A DNA stretch of 64,000 nt from positions 3,573,909-3,637,908 of the forward strand of contig CM074804.1 in the NCBI GenBank assembly GCA_037447605.1, given 5' to 3'. The notes beneath the pieces are model-generated. The model had not been told where the DNA came from. It worked only from the letters and a program-made list of their open reading frames with translations, and searched no databases. Position numbers and translations under genes: made by a program. Below are positions 51,131 to 62,032 of the stretch, one piece after another (positions within the stretch are counted from its first letter, which is position 1; each line of letters starts with the position of its first letter). This DNA is from Zygnema circumcarinatum SAG 698-1b (Eukaryota > Plantae > Zygnematophyceae).

Positions 51131-52894
51131 TTACGGCGGTGGTCCCGCCGTGACCTCTCCCTGCCACCTTGCCAGCGCGCGTCGGAGCTTCTTGCATGCG
51201 CCCACGGGCAGCCCGAGGGCGAGGAGCTCCTCCTCGGCCATGGTGGAGAGCTCGGCCATGTCCACCCACGCTTCAAGGAGAGCACCCGCGAACTGGGTCA
51301 GACCTGCGTACTCAAGGAACATGGCCAGGGGGTTCGCCAAACTGATGCTGTTTTCATGAACGGTTCCATGAATGCCGCCGGAAGATAGACCTTCCACGGA
51401 GGTGAAAAATGGTTCGTTCGACCCACAAGTTTGATTCCCCATCATCGCTGCGGCGCTTTCAAGGCCTGAAAATGAGCCAGGGTTTAAGCCAACTCCGAGA
51501 GCAGACGCTGTGAGAGTCGACCATCCACCCCCTCCCACAGTTGCACCGGCACTCACTGGCAAAGCGAAGGAGGATGGAGCAGCATTCAGCTTTGCTCCTA
51601 AATTGGAAGAAAGGCTCAAAGGATTTGTCATTTCCTCCAACTTGCTGCTGCCAAACTGGAAGCTGCTTACTAGTAGGCCTGGCCAAAACGACCCACGGAC
51701 ACCCGCATCCACCATTGCTGCTCCTGCAAGTCCCTCTCTCAGCCCTAATCCTTGACCTAAAACCTGCCCAGCAGTCCCCTCCCCAAAATTCAACGCCGAG
51801 CCTACTGTCAAGCTCGGTTCCATCCTCCCCTGCATCGCCCTCGTGTCTATGTGCGCGTCGGGCCGCGTAAAGCTCACTCCAAGCTTCAGAGCCGCCGCCT
51901 CTAACCCCATGGAACTGCTCAGACCAACATGGGCTGTGGGACTGCCCGGCGGCCGCAACGGAACGGGACAGATCACATCCACACATGGAGGGGAGGGTGG
52001 ACCCGAGGGAGGCCGAATCCTCTCTGCCGGAAAATCCCCAGCACCGTCTGCAGGAGTGGGTGGCAGCACCACTCCGGGCAAGCTCTCTGCCAGCGATTGG
52101 TTCACGCTTGCGGGTGGGGGAACGGGCAGTGCTTCTCGAGATAAGGGAGCTAACGAGCAGGAAGCCATTCCGGCAGTGCCAACTATGCTTCCTGCAATGG
52201 CGGTATCGACCCCGTTTCCAAGCAGAGAATCCTCGTTTGGCTGTGCAGGTTGGACTGCTTCTGCCTGCAGGCCGGCCTGTGCTTCTAAAGCTTGAAGAGT
52301 GAGAAGGGAGAGGTGTTCTGACTCCTCCCCTTCCCGCCGATGCCATGACCCCTTGCGATGCCGTTTGTGCCCCCCCGAGCAGTGTACGGCCTGCTCTGCA
52401 GGTTCGTGCTGCCGCTTCCACCGATGTTCTGCGGGACCAAACCAAATCTAAACGTTCATCAGCGACTGTTTTCATAACCAGCAAAATATGAAGCACGTGC
52501 GGAAACTAGGGAAGGAACTCACCCCTCGTGTGAAGAACAGATGCGAGTAACGATGTGACTCGGGAAGGGGACTGCTTTTCATCCTGTCCCAGCTGTACTA
52601 CTTCCGCTGCATCCACGAAAAAGCCCCAACCTCTAGAAATCTTCAGTTAAAAGCTCCTTCCGTCCTTCATTCCTCCTCTCTCTCGGTCCCTTACACCCAC
52701 CCTCCTTCTGCCTCCCTCCCTCCCTAAACTCCTCTTCCTTTCCTCCCTTCTCCTCCCCCTATTTTTCCCCATCACACCTCCGGCCTCCCTCTCCCCTTCT
52801 CCTTCCCTCCTACTCTCCACTCCCTCAGCCTGACCAACAAAAACCCTAACCTTTCCCTTTTTATAGCCTGGACTATGACCTTCAGCTTTTGTCT

Positions 52895-52928
<34 letters not shown>

Positions 52929-55900
52929 ATTTTATGTGGAGACTTCCAGCCTCCTCGCCCCATGCATTCACGTACCCTCCGCCTTCATTTCAGTCTGTGT
53001 ATCGTCCAACAGACTGCTCAGCCCTTCCTCTCCCGCACCGTCTCCCACCCCCTCGTCCTCCACATCAATGTCCTGCCGAGGTCTTCGACCCAGAGCAAGT
53101 TTGAATGGAGTTGTTTTCATGCGATGATCGACAGCAGAATTCATATGCCCTGAATTATCACAAATGCCAATACACTGTCTTAGGTGCTTTCGGGCTCAAA
53201 ACTACTTCTTTCTTTTGTTATGAAAGTGGGCAAATTTCACCACATTGCATCTCCACATAGTAATCTCGGTATTGTCAACACAGGAAGGTGCCATCACCTG
53301 TCTTTCATCACCCTATGGTGATGAAAGGCCTGTCCTCCCTCCTTTATCCCTCCTACTCTTGTCCCCCCCACTAGGATTGAGAACCCTTCAAACGTTACAA
53401 GATTATAGAGGACAGCACGCACATTGGATGAGAGGGAGGCACGCTGCCCAGTCACGCCTCCCTGTAGAAGAGGTCCATCTGGAAATTAAGTCATGTACGG
53501 GACCGCTCCCTGGAACAAGAATAGGGCTGACATGGTTCTGCAGCATATCCTGGATCAACGAAGAAAGCAAGAAAAAAAACATCAGGAAAAACCTGTTCTT
53601 TCTAGCATTCGGCGCGTATTATGGTTAATTTCAAGTGCCTGAGCTCACCTTCCCCTCCTGCGACGAGAAAGTAATTCCCCCAGAAAACCTTTCGCCTTCC
53701 ATCTGAGCCGGGTCACATATAGCATCAGAGCCATTGCTGCATTCTTCCATTCCCGTACCCAACCCATTCCCCCCCTCCATGACATCATTCCTTCCCCCTT
53801 CTCCCTCCTTCTCCTTCCCCTCTCCTCCCAGCTCCTCACCCTGGCTTCCACTCTCCTCCCTCTCTTCCCCTCTATGCCTGCCTCTGTTCCTCCCTCCTCC
53901 GCGTCTATGTCCATGCCACCTTCTCCCTCTCCCGTTCCGTCCCCAGTGATGGCCCCTCCATGGTTTCTGTTCTCCAAGACTGGGCTGCCCCCCCCCCTCC
54001 TCCTCCCTCCCAAGATGGTGAAACCCTTTGGGCCGTGCCCTCATCCTCGCTCCCGGCCAAATGGAACGAACTTTTTCGGCCACGGAGAATACAAAGGCCG
54101 GGGAAACACCGGGTCCGGGTTGGAGCACAGCTGGCGGTCCGACAAGTGTGAGCCAAACCACGAGTTGCTGCGCAACGGCAGACTCTGAGGGGGAGTTCAG
54201 CGCAGCGAGGAGAGTGAAACGGGAGCCGATGTCTTCGGCACAGAGAATCCATGACTTGTCGCCATCTGGGGCATGCTCCATGTTCATCAATTCCAGCTGC
54301 ATGAAGGGAATGAACTGCAGATTAGGGTTTAGTGAGAAGTCCGCTTCAATCGTGGTAATCCTGTAAAGTCGCCGAAGATGCAAATACCTTCTTAGAATCA
54401 AATTCTCTGCTGGATCAAGAGTACGAATCTGGGAGACGGACTCCCACCAATCGTTTGCTGCAAAATCTTTCATCCAAGCTAGCTCAAAGAAATCTATGAG
54501 AGCTGTCCTTCAGGATTGTTTGATGGCAGGTTTTCAATAGTCAGGGAGAAGAAACCGACCTGCATGTTCGCCCAGGGAGCAGGGGGCGGCCTTGCATGCC
54601 GAGTGAGAACATGGCGCGGGCCATCGCGGGGCCGCGGGCCGCGGTGCATTTGCACTTCCTCTCCGCTGCCGCCCGCCGGGGCCCCTTCCTCCCCCTGCTG
54701 CTGAGTGCAGTGCGAACACATAAGCAGAAACTGACGCACAACCTTCTCTGGGATTCCCATGTACTGGTCACTCAGCTGCACCCGAACAGACACTCAATAG
54801 GCATAGGAGAATCGCTTTGTTTTTTTAGAATTCAAAAGTTTGTCGGGACGAACTAACCAGCCTTATAACTCCATGAGCAAAGCAAAATTGGAACCAATGT
54901 TGTGTTCGATGAAATGGTTGGACCACGAGACTATCTGTAACGTAAGGAGCCACCCAGACAATCTTCACGTATCACGGCGCAATGCACTTCATGCCCCAGA
55001 CTTTCCCCTCTTGCGATGGTGGAACTTCGAAAACCGACTCAAAACGGATGGACCAATGTAAATGTGCAAAAGTTGGGGAAATAGGACCTTTGCATGGATG
55101 CAAAAGAGCATGAATATTCTTATGGAAGACATTGCAACTTAAAAACAAAACGAATTCGAAGTGCTTGCGTTCCGAGTTTGCCTGAACGCGAAATTCCCTT
55201 AGTTTCTAAGCTGGAAAGTTATTCTCTCCTCGCAAGTCATTTCAATTCAGCAATTCTATATCCGCATAGGCAGCTATGTCACCTTGCGATGGGTCTTTCT
55301 GATGCCGCCGTGCCTCGTTTGCACCACATGCACGTCATGCAGAACTGACAGAATCTCGCTTGCCGGAACAACACGCCGAGGCTCACCCTGGCATTCCAAC
55401 ACCGTGCATGATAAGGAAAATGCCGATAATCTAAACTTAATCCCAACGAAACACCTAATGGAACTTCAGAACAATCAGCTTGACCAAACTGCTGCTTTCA
55501 AAAGAACAACAATACATTAGCAGCAAGACAGCTCGGAAACTCTCAAATCCTGGAACAGCTACAATTCTGCCTTCCGCAGACTGTTTCTCTACCACTATGG
55601 CCCCCTCCCTCCACTTCACTCTCTATTATCCGCTTTCCCTTCGTTTATTTAGCTTTTCTCTCCCGCTCTTCCCTGCCCCCCTCACTCTCTTCCCCCACTC
55701 TCTCCCCCTCCCCCTTCGACTCTATAAGGAGGCGACTGGTACCTGATCATTAAGCGTGTAGACGGCATCATACAACCCTAATTGCGGCGAAGTTACCAGG
55801 TGATACTTCTTTCTCCGCACTGCATGCCGGAACTTGGCGTCACCAGTCTGCCCCTTTGCGCCCTTCTGAAAGTCCGTCTTCAAGAACTGCCGCACCTGCT

Positions 55901-56168
55901 CGTACAGCTCATCTGAGATAATATTCGACCCTTTGCGCACATATTCAGCCAGCCACGTTCTGAACTCCCCGAACCCTAATGCGCCCGCCGAGCCATCCGG
56001 AGCTTCTGTTGTCTGCGACGGGCTCCCATCACGACTCGACACCAGCGCGTTCTCTCCCGCCGCTGCTGCCGCCACCCCTCCCTTCCCTTCACCTTCCTCT
56101 CCCTCCTCTCCCCTTCCTCCCTCCCATCCGCCCCCTACCCCGCCGCCCCTCTCTCCCTCCTTCGCCAT
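51131..56168 (-). CDS. Integrase-derived protein: NOL4-like N-terminus + H2C2 zinc finger + inactivated DDE core + C-terminal SAM domain (~997 aa)
   Basis: Exons (-): 56168-55743, 55387-55283, 54775-54560, 54296-53649, 53549-53423, 53149-52976, 52428-51131. All GT-AG, phases 0,0,0,0,1,1; total 2994 nt = 997 aa + stop. Zinc finger HDVH..TRHGG..CSHC; core MQLELMNM..DG.KSWIL..EDIGSRFTLLAAL..VAQQL..GPPAVLQ; RW..DWAACLPLIQWHMNS..TPFKLALG; SAM LAMFLEYAGLTQF..VDMAELSTMAEEELLALGLPVGACKKL. Confidence 0.8.
52899..52925 (+). repeat. Poly(A) run (27 nt; poly-T on the sense strand) in the last intron of the integrase-SAM gene
   Basis: Directly visible. Confidence 0.9.
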
Positions 56169-57150
56169 GGCTTTCCACAGACGGCCTCTGAAGGCAGGCG
56201 TTGTGCAGCTCTGGCCGCGGATGCTGCAATGTCGGAGTCGGCAATCCCACCAAAGAGACGCTCTTGAATCCGTCCTTCTCTCCCTCTCTCCCTTCCTCCC
56301 TCCGCCCGCGGCCTCGTCTTCTCGCGGCGGCGGGCGGTCAGCGCGACGCGAGGCCGGACTTCGGCAACTGCGCAGCCACCAAATATCGCGGACGCCGATT
56401 CTGGTCGCTGTACGAAGGTGCCGCGAACCTGCCGGGCCAGAAGGCGCCCTTTGGAGTCCAGTCAGTCCGTCCGTACAGGGTTGACTCTCAGGCCGTACGA
56501 AACGGGCCACGTGGCCAGAAGGGGGCCGTCGCATACGACAAAGGGGGTCACTGACCCGATGGGACGGAACCTGTTTGGCAGGAGCGTGGCTGGCCGGGGT
56601 TGCGAGTTTGGGCTTGAGGGGCGGGCAGGCTCGTGGGCTCTGCGGGCTTGTGCGGAGACAAGCTGGCGGTAGAGCACCACGCAACTCACGCTCTTTTTTT
56701 TTCGTAAATATGTAATGTGTTAGACAGAGGATTTTAGTGATTGGGTTGGTTGAGACGTGCAAGCCAACGCGTAGCTACATGTTGTGTATATATAGTTGCG
56801 AGTGTGCCTGGCCGTTGAAACACTGCAGGGCAGGGCAGGAGCATGTCTAGCTGGATTCCAAAAGGTCGGCTTAGTCAAACTGTAGTCAACAGCTTAGACT
56901 TAACCCTCTTATAAAAGCATCCCAAAAGCACATTCACCTGTCACCTCACTGCTGCTCTTTAATAAGGCCCATGTATTTACAAGCAGCACCACAGCTCAGA
57001 CAGCATGCTAACACGAATCCCGTCAATCAACATGAAGTCCCTCTGTGAACATGGCTGCAGTTAAAAAGTCCTTCCCACTGAACAGGCGCTTCGCAGCACC
57101 AAGCCGCCCTTCGCAAATCCCTCCGGAAACATCCCTCGGGACTGAAGCTC

Positions 57151-60100
57151 TCAGCGCTTTCGGCACAGCGTTACCCCGTCTCCTACTGCCACCTGTCAGG
57201 CATGCACAGCTCGGCATGGGTCATCATGGGCAATGTCCGCCTCTACTCACTGAGTAACTTAAGCATGGAGGTACACGTTCTCTATGCATAAAAATAAAAA
57301 AAAAGTGTACATGCTCACAAGCGGTAGGGATTGCAAAGCAGTACATCCGCTTAACATATTAAAAAACAAGCACCTTTCATGAGCTCAAATGAACAAGCTA
57401 TAGAAAGGCAGAGGAGAACAGAGCAAAAGCAGCCAATGGCCCCACCATGCTCATATCCACCCGCTGGTCCATCACAATGAAGTCGTTGAAGTTCCGCAAA
57501 GCAACAGTCCTCACGTCTGTGACCTGCAAGTCAGCAGCCATGGAGCATTTTTTCTGACAACATCGCAGGCATCGGACTCACGCTACATCTGCGCAAAGCA
57601 CCTGTTTATGTCTCACTCAAGGTATATGCCCGCTATCACACTTATACAGTATTGACTCCTTATGTGAGAATAATATCTTAATGACGACCTACTTGGAGAA
57701 AAACTGCATGGACACCCTGGCCAGCGCCGGCTCCATTAATGCTACGACTATCGCTCACAGATCTAGTTATCTAAAGTGCACGGGAATTACAGAAACAAGT
57801 AAAACAGTGCGATCCTTTACCTGGGGATCCGCAACATCACCGTGCCACAGCACATTATCCACCACCAATAGACCTCCCGGTCTTAACTGATACCCACAAC
57901 ACCAGTTTTCCAGCCACCCCAAAATGGAAAAGGAGTGAGGAAGAAAGTGAGATAAAAGAGTGCATAAGGCTTTGAACTGCAAACTCTTCGGCGCAGTTCA
58001 ATGTTCCATTATAATATAGCATGGCGCGAGGGGAGATGACACGGATCACTCCTCTGTAAGTGTGCTATGAACGCTAGGAACAAGACGGCTTCTAGACGTC
58101 ACGTAGCTGTGGCGGAATATGCACAATCACAAGAGCTACAAAAGTGAAATATATGAAGCATCACAGCTGCTGGTGAGACAGCATGCCTCGCATATTAGTT
58201 CTTCTACAAACCCGCAATAGTTATGCACTGTTCAGTGTTGGAAAGGATCTGGTCTTACGAGCTGGAGCAAAAGCTCATAATATATGGAGTAACTGCGCTT
58301 ATCCGCATCCAAGAAGGCAAAATCATAGCTGCACAAAAAGATGAGAAAAATTGTCTCTTGAGCACTACACCATGTGGTCAGCCCTGTCCATAAACCATTC
58401 GCCTGTCGCTGTGTAGTCTGTACGACAGTTATGGGCGCACGTGACTTCTCGACTGAGCCTTGATGCGAGAAGGTAGATGACGCCAACAAAAAACGAAATA
58501 CTTCGTTGATGTATAGAAACAAGAGAGGCTCCTCAGTCAAGAGGCAAACAGAAGCCAAGTTTTGGCATTCAGAACCAGCAACTACATTGAACAAAGAAGA
58601 AGCAAGATAATGACTTAGAAACGCTAAACAAACGACATGAGCTTAGGTCTGATGCAAGGAGCAAACATGACTGGAGTTTTCCATGATCAATGCGTACATT
58701 GACAGACAAATACGATCAGTCATGTCACGACTAAACCCACCTTTCAGCCTCTCCATTCTGCAATAGTGCCAGCAGCGTGTCCTCCGCTAAGCCCAGCCGA
58801 GCATCAATCTGCGATAGACATGTTTCGTCCGTCGTATGTATAAGCAATAGCTGGACTGCAGCTACTCCTGAAGAAGCTCAGGCAGACTGGGTTATGCAGA
58901 TAGAGAGCGGTCAGAAATAAGTTGTGTCAGGTTGGTGAACATGGCCAGATCCTTCACCTCAAAGGGTTCTGCACTTCGAAAACTGAGAGCAAAAACGGCA
59001 GGCCGAATTATTCTCCTCACCTTATGCTCAACTCCTGCAAGACGAAAATATTTGCGTGCAAGCTCCATGCTCTGCTCGACCCTCTCACAAGCCACTAGTC
59101 GTCCATGAGGTGGCAATGCCAGTGCTACTGAGATAGCTGAATAACCCTGCAAACCTTATTGAGGAGTAAGCCACAAAATACGTTCAGCCTAAAACACAAC
59201 ATGCATACGGCAAAACTAAGTTTCATCTCAATAGCTCACACCACTAGTTTGAACAGACGTGCTGTACAAACAGATTAAGAGAACACTTCGAAGCTCCTTA
59301 AACAACAACCCACATATACCTGTGAAATGTATGACTTACCGCGAAAACACCAACTTCAATGCATTTCTCCGCGCCCATTAGTTTAGCCAACATGTACAAC
59401 AACTGGCCCTGCTCTGGAGAGATCTGCTTCGGAAAAAAAACATTGATGCAAATCGTGAGTGGCCATTTTAACAGAGAAAGAAGTGCATACAGTCAGACAT
59501 TTCAACTTCATTACAAATCCAAAACCTTCACCAAACTGGAGTTTGGCTCACACAAGGCCGGCAGGTACTGGAATATGAGGAAAAACTATGCAAACCAAAG
59601 CAAACCACAGCGTGCTTCACTGACACGTGAACTGCTTCAAAAAGGGGCATGTACGTTGGAAGCTTGAAAATCGACGCTGAGAATAGAAACAGAGATTTTT
59701 GAAGAGAACAAAGAGAAGGCGGACCCAGGAGCGAGGCAAAAGATTGCAAGCATTTTGAATCTGGACTGCAATATCGTTTCTTTTTACAAAGCTGTCCGTG
59801 TTAAAAAAAAAAAAAAAAAAAACAGGAACGTTGTTAATTCTGTCTCATGACTCACAGGAGCCTAAAGGCCATCGCTCTGGCAAGGTTTGTCTCTATGCGT
59901 GCAACTTAATGATTGGCTTTGACTACTACGATGGCCCTTTAAGCTGCCTACGGAAAACGTAAAGTTTCCATTGACGCTTCAACTCCAAAAGTAAAAACGA
60001 TTAATGGCACAAGAGATCACCTGCATCGAGCTCCCGGGCATGGTCGCTGTCTCCTTCCGTACCTTTGCGAGAACCTGTGATGTCCACAGTTACGTACTGA

Positions 60101-60829
60101 TTGAGAATAGGCCTGACTTGGCGCATATGCAGATAGATCTTGTCCCATTAATCCTCAAATGTCCTAAGGTCTCTGTCGACAGAATCAGCACGAACCACTT
60201 CGATTATGTGTGAGTGAGAAGCATCAAGTAAAGCCTAATTGCTAAAAAATGTCCGAGCTGCAGTTTTTGTGTAACCCCGCTGCGCACTTTATTGCAGTAC
60301 TCCTACGTTTCCCTCTCTAAAAGCTTCACGAGAGAAAGCCAGGAAATTGACCATAAGGTGTGTATTCCTTGGTTGCAGCACATGAGCAATTCAGAAGCAG
60401 GCGGCTCCACAAGCCTTGCTACATACGAATATTGAGACCGTGAGACTTTTGCCGAGCGAAACTCACCTCAGGCTCTCGAGTGTGAGAAAGAATGTATTCA
60501 TGTATGCTCTCGGTCATCTGAACCGTCCTCCGTCCTCCAGGCTTGGCATCCTTTGCTGCTGCCTCCGGATGCAGGCCACTCGCTCTAACGCTTTTAAATT
60601 CTTTTCTTGCTCTTAAAGGAATTGACGTCGCAAAACGGCAGTAAGAAAGCTCTTGGCCGTTGCAAAAAGAATTCATGCCCACTCGTTTTAAATAGTGTGA
60701 TGACGGTTGTAGTCTATCCTGCATGTATAGTTTCCATCTGAGAAGGCCAGGCTCTTGCAGCCTCCCACCGCACAACTGCAGGGCAGACGACCTCGCCGGG
60801 AAGAAAATCTTCCCACACGAAGCCGCCAT
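57151..60829 (-). CDS. CCoAOMT/COMT-like O-methyltransferase (Methyltransf_3), probable organellar transit peptide
   Basis: Spliced motifs IHEYILSHTREPEVLAKVRKET, MQISPEQGQLL, CIEVGVFAGYS, YDFAFLDADKRSY..YYE, LRPGGLLVVDNVLWHG, VAVGDGVTLCRKR*. Stop at 57151-57153. Confidence 0.92.
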
Positions 60830-62032
60830 GGCTGCTCGCGCGGCTCTTCCTTGAAATGTCGATCGAGAGCAAGAGAAGCTGAATTCTTCTTGGAGGCAGG
60901 CACCCGCCTGGCGAGAAAAGCGCTGTGAGGATAGACGGCAGCAGCGGGTGCCTTTCCGTGGCTTTGTGTTGTGTTGTTGTGAATGGAGGGAGGAGGGAGA
61001 GGCCGTCTGCACTGACTACAGTACGACCTGCCCCATCCGACGCATTGCGACTCTCCCCTCGCAGTCAGTGCCGTTTCTTCGAGTTCAAGGATGCGCACAG
61101 GGGGAGAAAATGGCATTGATCTCACGTTGGCGAGGCCACCAAATGTACATGCACAAAATCAGCATGGAGAACCACGAGGAATTGGTCGCAAGGACCTAAG
61201 CACAAAAGAAAACAGCGAAGCGGAAAGAAAGGAGCGGAAAGCTACGCCTAGGCACACCAACGCAGCCCTCTCTAGAAGCAGCCGCGAAGGTCACCGATGT
61301 GCAGCACATCGCGCATGTCACCCTGCATTTCCCGCATTCGCTGCACACATGCATGCATGGATGGATGGGGATGGCATGGCCGCATGGGTCCTGCAGTCCA
61401 GTGAGTTCCATGACTCCATGACCCCGTGCCACCGTGACCCCATCCATGCTTTTCCGAACTCTCACGGCATCCATGGATGGCAGCATTGGCATTGGCATTG
61501 GCATGCATGCCTCAAATTCGGCGAAGCTGCGGGGCACCTTCTGGAACGTTCGCTGCGCCGCCGTTCCGCGTTCCGTCGCGTGCGGCGTTGGCGCCTTCGC
61601 GTCGGCCGGCAGCGGGCGCCACGTGGCCCCGCGCGGGCGGGCGAGCGCGGCCCCGCGCAGCCACACGCGGTCCCGTCCGTACGCACGCCATCCACCCTCG
61701 TGGCCCGCGCACCGCCGCCGATCCGCCCGCGATCGACGGCCCGTGCTGCCCGACGCTCACCGCGCTGCCCGCTGGGATCGCATCGGACGGCCAGGACGCG
61801 CCCACGCCTCGCGCCCGCCCTTGGGAGGGCGGGTGGCGGGGCCTGCCTGCGGGAGCGATACATAGGCGCAGTCCGCTAAATGGTGGAGGAGTCTTTCTTC
61901 AGGAATTAGGCATTTGGACGCGGCCGAGGGAGGGAGGTGCATTCGAGCCGTTGCAGAGCGAGTGGGTCTGCGGGAGGGTGTAGTAAGCGAGTCAGGGAGA
62001 GGGAGAGGGTTGTGAATTCGTAGCAAGCAGCC

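Noticed and set aside
51131-56168. Active LTR retrotransposon or Ginger transposon interpretation
   Set aside because: No gag, protease, RT or RNase H, no LTR/TIR seen, DDE residues altered and six spliceosomal introns; a host gene fits better, though copy number was not testable.
61091-62026. Multiple overlapping 130-260-aa ORFs on both strands
   Set aside because: GC-rich promoter DNA lacking stops by composition; R/A/P-rich with no domain.
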